From NCBI GenBank assembly GCA_002440665.1, contig DJUX01000005.1, forward strand, positions 78,846 to 142,845: a DNA stretch of 64,000 bases. Direction: 5' to 3'. This document shows positions 45,194-52,320 of the stretch, in pieces. The first letter of the stretch is position 1. The number at the start of each line of letters is the position of its first letter. The notes under the pieces are model-generated. The model saw nothing but the letters and a program-made list of their open reading frames with translations, had not been told where the DNA came from and did not search any database. A program made the position numbers and the translations under genes. The DNA comes from Dechloromonas sp. UBA6271 (lineage in GTDB: Bacteria > Pseudomonadota > Gammaproteobacteria > Burkholderiales > Rhodocyclaceae).

Positions 45194-46576
45194 CTACCCG
45201 ACCAACGCCGCCTCCACCGCCTGCGGATCGCCGAGTCTGTCCCATGGCTCCATGAGGACCAGCATCAACAGCTTGTCAAATTCGCTGGCGAAGCGCTCGA
45301 CGATACGCTCGGGGTCGGGCACCAGACCCTTGTCGGTAATCAGGCCAAACTGCACTTTGTCATCGTAGGAAAGTATCGAGACGCCCATGCCGATGTCGCC
45401 GGATTGCGGCACCCAGAACAGCGGCTGCAGCAGTTTGGCGCCGGCCAGATATAGCGTGTGCTGCGGCCCGGGCACGTTGGTCATGACGGCGCTAGCCTTG
45501 CTGGCCAGCAGATCGAGCACCTGTTGCTGGGCAAACTTGGGGGCCATGCCGACCACCCCCAGAATCGACAGCGTGAGTGCCGCCTGATAGGAACCCTTGA
45601 GTTTCGCCATCCGCTCGCGGGTAGCATAGAGCCGAGCCAGCGGATTTTCGATGCCGAGCGGCAGTTCGAGGGCCACGAGGCCGAAGCGGTTGCCGAGTTT
45701 CCCCGCATCGCTGGCGCGCCGCATGTTGACCGGGACCATTGCGCGAATTTCCACGTCATCGACCTCATCGCCATGCTCGACCAGATAGGCACGCATGGCC
45801 CCGGCTGCTGCCGAGAGAAGCATGTCATTGACCGAACAGCCAAGCACCGCGCCGACCGCCTTCACCTCGGGTAGCGACATCGGCTCCGACCAGGCGACCC
45901 GCTTGGCGATTCCCGGCTTGCCCTTGAAGCGGGTATGGCTGTCATCCGGCATGGTAGCGAGCGTCGCGAGTTCGCTAGCAATGCTGGTGCCGATACGGGC
46001 GTAGTCGAGTATCTTCCCCGGGTTGTTCAATAGATCAACGTACTTGGCCCAAAGACCGTCCTCCTCGTCTTCGTCTTCCTGCGCAATGTGTGGCCGCGGA
46101 TGGCCCCCCGCTTTGCCCGGCGAGCTATCAGTCATCGAGAGAATGACGCCGACCATGGCGATGCCGTCGGCAATGCTGTGGTGAATGCGCATGACGAGCG
46201 CCTGGCCGCCCAGCGAGGTGTCGACCAGGTGCATTTCCCACAGCGGGCGATTCGGGCTGAGCGGCGTAGACGCCAGATCGGCGACAAACTGCTCGAGTTC
46301 TGCCTTGCCTGCCGCGCCAGGCAGCACTTCGCGGTGGAGGTGGTGGTCGAGATTGAAGTCGGGATCATCCTGCCAGACGTAACCAGTGCTATCGGCGACT
46401 GCCAACTGGCGGAAGCGGCAAAAACTGAGCATACGACGCTCGATGCTGGCGCACAGGCGTTCGTAATCGAGATCACCCTCGAACAGCAGGACACCGACAA
46501 TCTGCATCAGATTGGTCGGCCGGTCCATGCGCAGCCAGGCGGTATCCACGTTGGAGATGGGCTCGCGAGACGTCAT
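45194..46576 (-). CDS. Wax ester synthase / acyl-CoA:diacylglycerol acyltransferase (WS/DGAT)
   Basis: ..DTAWLRMDRPTNLM..NRPLWEMHLV..MRIHHSIADGIAMV (HHxxxDG active site). Start MTSREPIS at ATG 46576. Confidence 0.88.
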   Translation of the reverse strand: MTSREPISNVDTAWLRMDRPTNLMQIVGVLLFEGDLDYERLCASIERRMLSFCRFRQLAVADSTGYVWQDDPDFNLDHHLHREVLPGAAGKAELEQFVADLASTPLSPNRPLWEMHLVDTSLGGQALVMRIHHSIADGIAMVGVILSMTDSSPGKAGGHPRPHIAQEDEDEEDGLWAKYVDLLNNPGKILDYARIGTSIASELATLATMPDDSHTRFKGKPGIAKRVAWSEPMSLPEVKAVGAVLGCSVNDMLLSAAAGAMRAYLVEHGDEVDDVEIRAMVPVNMRRASDAGKLGNRFGLVALELPLGIENPLARLYATRERMAKLKGSYQAALTLSILGVVGMAPKFAQQQVLDLLASKASAVMTNVPGPQHTLYLAGAKLLQPLFWVPQSGDIGMGVSILSYDDKVQFGLITDKGLVPDPERIVERFASEFDKLLMLVLMEPWDRLGDPQAVEAALVG

Positions 46577-46645
46577 TACGAACTCCGTTAAAGGGATGAA
46601 ATATCTATAATACCGGCAATTCACAGGCCATTCGAGGAGATACCG

Positions 46646-46903
46646 ATGAGCGATCTGCAAGCCGCATTCGATGCCGCCGTCACCGCTTCAAAAATGCTGG
46701 ACGAACGTCCCGACAATCAGACGCTTCTGCGTATCTACTCACTCTTCAAGCAGGCGACCGAGGGCGACGCAAGCGGCAAGCGCCCCGGCTTCACCGACCT
46801 CGTCGGCCGCGCAAAGTACGACGCCTGGGCAGGCCTTCAAGGGACCTCCGCCGAAGCCGCGATGCAGGCCTACATCGATCTGGTCGGCAAGCTCAAGGGC
46901 TAG
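46646..46903 (+). CDS. Acyl-CoA-binding protein (ACBP)
   Basis: ..LLRIYSLFKQATEGD..KRPGFTDLVGRAKYDAW.., the classic ACBP motifs, 85 aa. Confidence 0.85.
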   Translation: MSDLQAAFDAAVTASKMLDERPDNQTLLRIYSLFKQATEGDASGKRPGFTDLVGRAKYDAWAGLQGTSAEAAMQAYIDLVGKLKG

Positions 46904-47178
46904 GCAAAGCGCTCGTCGAAGTACAGGTGGATTTCCCGCTCGAGGCTGGCGCGAAAAGGCCAGAGCAGGAAACCGAGGCGGACCAGAACCGTCACTTCGC
47001 CCTTGGCGAGCCGCAACTCACCGTGCAGGCCGGCACGTTCGAAACGTAATACGCCGCTGTCGTCCCACTCGTATTCCAGCTCGTACTCCTTCTGCAGATC
47101 GGCGGCGACATGCTCGGCGGCGATCCTTGCCTTCTTGGCCGACAGGCGGTGCTTGCGGGTAATCAGGATTTCGCTCAT
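46900..47178 (-). CDS. Putative polyhydroxyalkanoic acid system protein (PHA_gran_rgn family)
   Basis: MSEILITRKHRLSAKKARIAAEHVAADLQKEYELEYEWDDSGVLRFERAGLHGELRLAKGEVTVLVRLGFLL.. matches my recollection of the TIGR02610-type pattern. Confidence 0.65.
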   Translation of the reverse strand: MSEILITRKHRLSAKKARIAAEHVAADLQKEYELEYEWDDSGVLRFERAGLHGELRLAKGEVTVLVRLGFLLWPFRASLEREIHLYFDERFA

Positions 47179-47226
47179 GGACGCAGTTTAACCACGCGCC
47201 GCCGAATCCGGAATCACCCGGTGTAA

Positions 47227-47562
47227 CTATTCCGGCGTCGCCTTGCTGCCCATCATCTCGTTGCAGGTGGCTCGGCCGAAGGTCTCCGCCTTTTTCGGGC
47301 TGGAAATCTGTGGCTCCTCGTAGATGCGCTTGACGACGAAGTTTGTAATGCGTGCACCGTCGCTGCCGTCCTCGACAAACACCTTCATCGGCCGGCCTTT
47401 CTCGCGGTCGTAGAAAGCCTGCAGTGCAAAGTCGCGGACACGTTCGCAGAAACGGATCTTCTGGGCATCGGGCATGCTGTCGTCGATCTTGCCGGCGTGG
47501 GCATGCGGCCAGGCGCTGTTCATCGCCAGCAGGGCGAGGCAGGCAACGGAGAGGCGTTTCAT
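47227..47562 (-). CDS. Small secreted hypothetical protein
   Basis: Signal peptide MKRLSVACLALLAMNSAWPHAHAG. ATGA-type overlap with the upstream cytochrome gene. Confidence 0.55.
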   Translation of the reverse strand: MKRLSVACLALLAMNSAWPHAHAGKIDDSMPDAQKIRFCERVRDFALQAFYDREKGRPMKVFVEDGSDGARITNFVVKRIYEEPQISSPKKAETFGRATCNEMMGSKATPE

Positions 47563-48221
47563 TCCTTCGGCTCCTGAATCGAGGTGAGGTAAGCCAGGAT
47601 GTCCTGGATATCCTGTTCCTTGAGGGTGTTCAGGACACCGACGACGCCATCTTCATCGTGCGGGCGGTCGCCCTTGAGATAGAGGTCGGCCTGACGCTTG
47701 AGATAGTTCGTGTACTGGCCGACCAGCATCGGGAACATGCCACGCCCCTTGCCAGCTTTGCCGTGGCAGGCGGCGCATTTCTTCTGGTAGATCGCCTCGC
47801 CATTGCCGAGGTCGCCCTCCGCGCGCGGGATGATCATCACCTTTTCGGCCATCAGCAACTTGGTCAGCGCGTCTTCCTTGCCGGTGTAGGTTGGCATCTT
47901 GCTGTCCAGTTCGATCTTCGCCAAGTAGGCAGCGATATCCTTGATGTCCTCGTCTGAAAGCTCACGTTCCTGGGTATAGGGGAACATCGGGAGATTCACC
48001 CGCGTGCGGGCACGGAAGCTCTTGAGCTGGTTTTCGATGTAGGCGACACGCTGGCCGGCGATGCGCGGATATTCGCCCTTCTTGCCGCCAGCCCCCTGGT
48101 CGCCATGGCAGGCAGCGCAGGTGCCGTTGATTTCCTTGCCTTTTTCGAGGTCGACCGCAGCAGCCGTGCTGGCGGCAAACCAGCCGGCGACCAGGAAAAA
48201 GATAAGGCTGCGCAGGGCCAT
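47559..48221 (-). CDS. Diheme c-type cytochrome (c4-like)
   Basis: Signal peptide MALRSLIFFLVAGWFAASTAAA. Two CxxCH motifs (CAACHGD, CAACHGK). Start at ATG 48221. Confidence 0.85.
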   Translation of the reverse strand: MALRSLIFFLVAGWFAASTAAAVDLEKGKEINGTCAACHGDQGAGGKKGEYPRIAGQRVAYIENQLKSFRARTRVNLPMFPYTQERELSDEDIKDIAAYLAKIELDSKMPTYTGKEDALTKLLMAEKVMIIPRAEGDLGNGEAIYQKKCAACHGKAGKGRGMFPMLVGQYTNYLKRQADLYLKGDRPHDEDGVVGVLNTLKEQDIQDILAYLTSIQEPKE

Positions 48222-48243
48222 GCGGTGAACTCCGGGTATCGAT

Positions 48244-48258
48244 GCGGCGAATTGTCGC
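48244..48258. promoter_or_regulatory. RegA/PrrA/ActR-type box GCGGCGAATTGTCGC in the cyt c4 / regB divergent region
   Basis: Near-palindrome GCG-N-C-N-AATT-N-G-N-CGC. A nearly identical copy lies at 52234-52248. Confidence 0.55.
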
Positions 48259-48306
48259 ACGACCCGAACGGCTGAAAATTGACGCAAATCACGCATAATC
48301 CAGGCC

Positions 48307-49563
48307 ATGCCTTTCATCTCCTGCACCGTCGACGGCAGCGATCACCTGGCCAACCTGCGCCGCCTGGTGATGGTGCGCTGGGTAGCGCTGGCGCTGATGA
48401 CCAGCCTGACGCTGGTGGTGCCGGGAGCACTCGAAATTCCCCTGCCGCAGGCGCCGCTGCTGGCGATCATCGGGCTCACCGCGTTATTCAATGGCCTGGT
48501 TCACTGGCGCGTGCGACAGTCTGATTCGGCAACGCCGGTCGAACTGTTCACGCAGCTGCTGATCGATATCGCCGCCCTCAGTGCGCTGGTTTTCTTCAGT
48601 GGCGGCGCCACCAACCCACTCGTTTCGCTGCTGCTGCCACCGGTCGCCATTGCCGCGCTGACCCTGCCGGTGCGCTGCGTGGTCGCCATCGGCGCCATCG
48701 CCGTCGCCGCCTATTCAGCGCTGATGGTCTTCTACGTGCCGTTGCCGATGAGCGATGCCACCCGCGCCACCCGCCTGCACCTGCTCGGCATGTGGCTGAC
48801 CTTTGCCGTTTCGGCGCTGATGATCGCCTGGTTCGTCGTCCGCATGACGCGCCTCATCCGCGAGCGCGATGCCGAACTGGCGGCCGCCCGCGAACAGGCG
48901 CTGCGCGACGAGCGCATCATGGCCATCGGCACCCTCGCCGCCGGCGCCGCGCATGAACTGGGGACGCCGCTGGGCACCATGGCCCTGCTCGCCGGTGAAT
49001 TGGCCGGCGACCCGCTACTGCCGGCCGCGGCCCGCGCGGACATCGCCCTGCTCCGCCAGCAGATCGGTGTCTGCAAGGAAATCATTACCGGGCTTTCGCG
49101 CCGGGCTAGTGCCGAGCGCCTCGAAAATACGGACCTCCAGGCCGTCGACCGCTGGCTCGACAACCTGCGGCAACGCTGGCATGCCTTGCGCCCGCAGGCC
49201 GCCAGCCGCCTGGAAATCAGCGGTGCCCGGCCGGTGCCGGCCATCGCGAACGACCCGCGTCTCGAACAGGCGGTGCTCAACCTGCTGAACAATGCGGCCA
49301 GCGCGTCGGCGGCGACCATCGACATCCGTCTGGACTGGAGCAACGGGCAGATCGTCATCGACATCCATGACCACGGCCCCGGCTTCCCGCCGGCCGTGCT
49401 GAAACAGGGTGGCCAGACCGCCTTTCCGCCGCATGAACACGGTAGCGGCATCGGCCTGCTGCTGACGCGCTCGGCGATCGAACAGATCGGCGGCCGCCTG
49501 CTGCTCCTCAACCCGCCCGAAGGTGGCGCCCTCGCCCGCCTGGAACTGAACCCGAGAACCTGA
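48307..49563 (+). CDS. regB: Redox-sensing histidine kinase RegB/PrrB/ActS family
   Basis: Six TM segments including FFSGGATNPLV (the quinone-site GGxxNPF-like heptapeptide), H-box AAGAAHELGTPLG, redox-box Cys in QQIGVCKEII, HATPase C-terminus. Confidence 0.85.
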   Translation: MPFISCTVDGSDHLANLRRLVMVRWVALALMTSLTLVVPGALEIPLPQAPLLAIIGLTALFNGLVHWRVRQSDSATPVELFTQLLIDIAALSALVFFSGGATNPLVSLLLPPVAIAALTLPVRCVVAIGAIAVAAYSALMVFYVPLPMSDATRATRLHLLGMWLTFAVSALMIAWFVVRMTRLIRERDAELAAAREQALRDERIMAIGTLAAGAAHELGTPLGTMALLAGELAGDPLLPAAARADIALLRQQIGVCKEIITGLSRRASAERLENTDLQAVDRWLDNLRQRWHALRPQAASRLEISGARPVPAIANDPRLEQAVLNLLNNAASASAATIDIRLDWSNGQIVIDIHDHGPGFPPAVLKQGGQTAFPPHEHGSGIGLLLTRSAIEQIGGRLLLLNPPEGGALARLELNPRT

Positions 49564-50096
49564 TGCCCGAACCGACCCTGATCATCGACGACGACCCCAG
49601 TTTCAACGCCATTCTGGTGCGCACCCTGGAACGCCGCGGCCACCACGCACGCGGGGCGCTCGACGCCGGCGATGCGCTGGCGCTGGCGCGGGAAATTGTG
49701 CCGAACCGCGTTGTGCTCGATCTCAACCTCAACGGCAATTCCGGCCTGGCGCTGATTCCGGAACTACTGACGATCAACGCCGACTGCCGCATCGTCGTGC
49801 TGACCGGCTACGCCAGCATCGCTACCGCGGTCGATGCGATCAAGCTGGGCGCGGTCCAGTATCTGGCCAAGCCGGTGGAAATCGAGGCGATCCTCGCCGC
49901 CTTCGAGAACGACGATGCGCCGGATTTCGACCTACCGGCCTCCGATGAACCGCTCTCGGTCGACCGTCTCGAATGGGAGCACATTCAGCGCGTGCTGAAC
50001 GAAAACGACGGCAACATCTCGGCGACTGCGCGCGCGCTCAAGATGCACCGTCGTACATTGCAAAGAAAACTGTCCAAACGCCCGGCCAGAACCTGA
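49563..50096 (+). CDS. regA: Response regulator RegA/PrrA/ActR family
   Basis: Receiver domain (..VLDLNLNG..) plus a highly conserved C-terminal Fis-type HTH NENDGNISATARALKMHRRTLQRKL. Confidence 0.88.
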   Translation: MPEPTLIIDDDPSFNAILVRTLERRGHHARGALDAGDALALAREIVPNRVVLDLNLNGNSGLALIPELLTINADCRIVVLTGYASIATAVDAIKLGAVQYLAKPVEIEAILAAFENDDAPDFDLPASDEPLSVDRLEWEHIQRVLNENDGNISATARALKMHRRTLQRKLSKRPART

Positions 50097-50193
50097 ATCC
50101 GGACTCGCCTGCGGTTGGGGGTGGAAAGATCAATCCGGCCGGAAAAGCCGGCCGCCCACTCAAGAGGTGATCCGGAAACAACCCGGCGGCTAC

Positions 50194-50388
50194 TCAGCCG
50201 ACGGGCTTGCCAACCTTCTTGAGCTCTGCCAAAAACTCGGCGAATGTTGTCTCGCGAACCTTGGTATCGCCCAGCGTTTCGCGCAGGTCGAAGCCTGATC
50301 CAATACGGTCCCCGGCCCGGTCATGCACATCGCTACCCGGATAGGCGCCGGGGGATGAAAAATTCGTCTTGCGGGAACTGTTTGTCAT
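50194..50388 (-). CDS. Small hypothetical protein (64 aa)
   Basis: Internal ATG 50388 of ORF 50194..50523. MTNSSRKTNFSSPGAYPGSDVHDR..FAEFLAELKKVGKPVG. I recognise no family. Confidence 0.3.
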   Translation of the reverse strand: MTNSSRKTNFSSPGAYPGSDVHDRAGDRIGSGFDLRETLGDTKVRETTFAEFLAELKKVGKPVG

Positions 50389-50540
50389 GATATTTGACCT
50401 TTCCTGGAGTCGTTGGACAGATGATGCCAATTCGTTGCAGGAGTGTCCGTGAACGAATTCACGACCTGCATCAAATTGCCGCCTGCTCAACGAATTTCCG
50501 GAGGCCAAAGCACCCGCAGGCACCCCGGGGTCGAGCGCGC

Positions 50541-50567
50541 CTGCTGCGGTCGACCCCGAAAAAAGCC
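50541..50567 (+). repeat. REP-like element copy: CTGCTGCGGTCGACCCCGAAAAAAGCC
   Basis: Lies between the small ORF and the PCuAC gene stop. Part of the hairpin GGGGTCGA..TCGACCCC. Confidence 0.5.
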
Positions 50568-50572
50568 CGAAA

Positions 50573-51034
50573 TCAGTGCTGCTTGTGCTCCATCGGCGGC
50601 GCCGGCGTCGGACGCACCACCTTGGCGTCGATTGTCTTGCTGCTGCCGTCGTCGAAAGTCAGCGTGATGGGCACGGAATCGCCTTCCTTCATCGGCGCCT
50701 TGAGATCGATCAGCATGACATGCAGGCTGCCCGGCTTGAGCACCGCCTCGCCCTTGGCCTTGATGTCGATGGCCGGTACCGGGCGCATCTTCATGACGCC
50801 GCCGTCGTTGATGTGGGTGTGCAGTTCGGTGACCTTGGAAACCGGATTGTCGGCCTTGAGCACCTTCACATCCTTGTCGCCGTTGTTCTTGATGACCATG
50901 AAAGCGCCGGTGGCCGGGGCATTGGGCGGCGCCAGGCGCACATAGGGGTCCTGCACCGCGACGTTGTCGGCGGCGCCGGCCAGCACGCCGGCGGAAAACA
51001 GCAGGCCGGTGGCCAACAGGGATAGTTGTTTCAT
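50573..51034 (-). CDS. Periplasmic copper chaperone PCu(A)C (DUF461)
   Basis: Signal peptide MKQLSLLATGLLFSAGVLAGA. ..GAFMVIKNNG..ELHTHINDGGVMKMRPV..GSLHVMLIDL (H/M Cu(I) motifs). Start ATG 51034 within the composite ORF 50573..52000. Confidence 0.85.
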   Translation of the reverse strand: MKQLSLLATGLLFSAGVLAGAADNVAVQDPYVRLAPPNAPATGAFMVIKNNGDKDVKVLKADNPVSKVTELHTHINDGGVMKMRPVPAIDIKAKGEAVLKPGSLHVMLIDLKAPMKEGDSVPITLTFDDGSSKTIDAKVVRPTPAPPMEHKQH

Positions 51035-51048
51035 GAGCACTCTCTCCT

Positions 51049-51651
51049 TCAGGGTTTGGTCAAGCGTTTGCGAATTTCGGCGGCCACCTGCTCGGGGGGC
51101 GTGGCGTGGGCGATCTTGCCGTCCAGCTTGCCGTCGGCACCGACGACATAGGTATCCGAAGTGTGATCGACGACATAGCCGCCACCCGCCGTTTCGACCG
51201 ACTGGCGGGCATAGAACACCCCGTAGCGGCGAGCGATGGCGGCCAGTTCTTCCGGCGTGCCGGTGACGCCGACGATGGCGGGATGGAAGAATTCCGCATA
51301 TTCCTTGAGACGGGCCGGCGTGTCGCGCTCCGGGTCGACCGAGATGAAGACCACCGCCACGCGCGCCAGTTCTTCCGGCGTCAGCAGCTTGAGGCCCTCC
51401 GCCGTTGCCGCCAGCGCGGTCGGGCAGATGTCGGGGCAGTAGGTGTAGCCGAAATAGACGAGCACCAGTTTGCCGCGAAAATCCTGCAGCGCCACCGGGC
51501 CGCCGGCGGATTGCAGCGTGAAATCGCCGCCGGCCGGCGCGGCGGCCATCGGTAGCGGGCGCTCCGGCAATTCCGGGTGCCAGAAGAAGGCAAGGCCGAG
51601 CACCAGCGCGGCGAGCAGGACGGCGACAGCGAGCAGAATTCGTTGCGACAT
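51049..51651 (-). CDS. SCO1/SenC-family copper chaperone / thiol-disulfide oxidoreductase
   Basis: N-terminal anchor, ..GKLVLVYFGYTYCPDICPTAL (CxxxC), and a distal His in ..YVVDHTSDTYVV. Confidence 0.88.
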   Translation of the reverse strand: MSQRILLAVAVLLAALVLGLAFFWHPELPERPLPMAAAPAGGDFTLQSAGGPVALQDFRGKLVLVYFGYTYCPDICPTALAATAEGLKLLTPEELARVAVVFISVDPERDTPARLKEYAEFFHPAIVGVTGTPEELAAIARRYGVFYARQSVETAGGGYVVDHTSDTYVVGADGKLDGKIAHATPPEQVAAEIRKRLTKP

Positions 51652-51654
51652 GCG

Positions 51655-52125
51655 TTATCCGTGGGGAACCGAAGCGAAGCGGAAAGGTACGGCGATGCGC
51701 CGGCCGTCGGTTTCGAGCAGCACCGTCGCCTGCCAGTCCATCTGGCCGGTGATGCATACCGGCAGCGTGGCCTCGCCGGAATGGAGTCCGGACACGCCAG
51801 AGACCAGTGCGATCCGATTGAGGCCCATGTTCATGTCGATGCCGGCGAAATCGACCTCGACGCGCGCGGCGCTGATGCCCTCCAGTTTCACCTCGACCTG
51901 AAACGGCTTGACCATCGGGATCGGTCGCGGGTTCATGCGCAATTCGAGCTGGCCGCCACCGGGCAAGGCCACCCGGCAGGCGACACGATTCAGGTCGCAA
52001 CCGGGGTCGGGCTGCACCGTGACGTCCGCCTTGGGCAGGAGCAGCGGCGAGAGCTTGTAGCCAACGACAACCACCAGCGCAATCGCTAGGATGCCGATCG
52101 CGTCTATCAGTATTTTTTTATTCAC
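51655..52125 (-). CDS. Membrane-anchored hypothetical protein (FixH/YtkA-like beta-sandwich guess) co-operonic with Sco and PCuAC
   Basis: TM helix ILIDAIGILAIALVVVVGY followed by a beta-rich domain. Start ambiguous: GTG 52125 (AGGA upstream) or ATG 52197. Confidence 0.5.
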   Translation of the reverse strand: MNKKILIDAIGILAIALVVVVGYKLSPLLLPKADVTVQPDPGCDLNRVACRVALPGGGQLELRMNPRPIPMVKPFQVEVKLEGISAARVEVDFAGIDMNMGLNRIALVSGVSGLHSGEATLPVCITGQMDWQATVLLETDGRRIAVPFRFASVPHG

Positions 52126-52233
52126 CAGTCTATTCCTGGCCTCGCAGCCGCAGGGGATTACGCATTTTCCCTCATGAAGCGCATATGGAATTAGCAAAGA
52201 TCAATTTTTTAGCACGCCGCGGGGCATACAGTG

Positions 52234-52248
52234 TGCGGCAAATTGTCG
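52234..52248. promoter_or_regulatory. RegA/PrrA/ActR-type box GCGGCAAATTGTCGC in the nosZ / copper-chaperone divergent promoter
   Basis: Differs at one base from the box at 48244-48258. With flanks, it shares the 17-mer TGCGGC(G/A)AATTGTCGCA. It ends 72 nt before the nosZ ATG. Confidence 0.55.
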
Positions 52249-52320
52249 CAGCGGCATCACGCCGCCAGTGGCGATGGAGGGTAGGAAGTTCTACTTCTTG
52301 TTTTCATGGGAGAAATCGAG

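Noticed and set aside
48280-48300. TTGACG and CATAAT hexamers upstream of regB as a sigma-70 promoter
   Set aside because: The spacing between the hexamers is only about 9 bp rather than 16-18 bp, so they cannot act together as -35 and -10.
50573-52000. 475-aa composite ORF in the track covering the PCuAC, Sco and upstream gene region
   Set aside because: Only its C-terminal 153 aa (from MKQLSLL, ATG 51034) form a sensible protein, PCuAC. The upstream part is an Arg/Pro-rich frame overlapping the genuine Sco gene, which lies in another frame.
52306-52320. Upstream in-frame start (MGEIE..) for nosZ as given in the ORF track
   Set aside because: The ATG at 52321 begins a canonical Sec signal peptide (MKKFAVKSTT..) and is preceded by a GGGAGAAA RBS-like sequence. 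The longer start adds no signal-peptide features.
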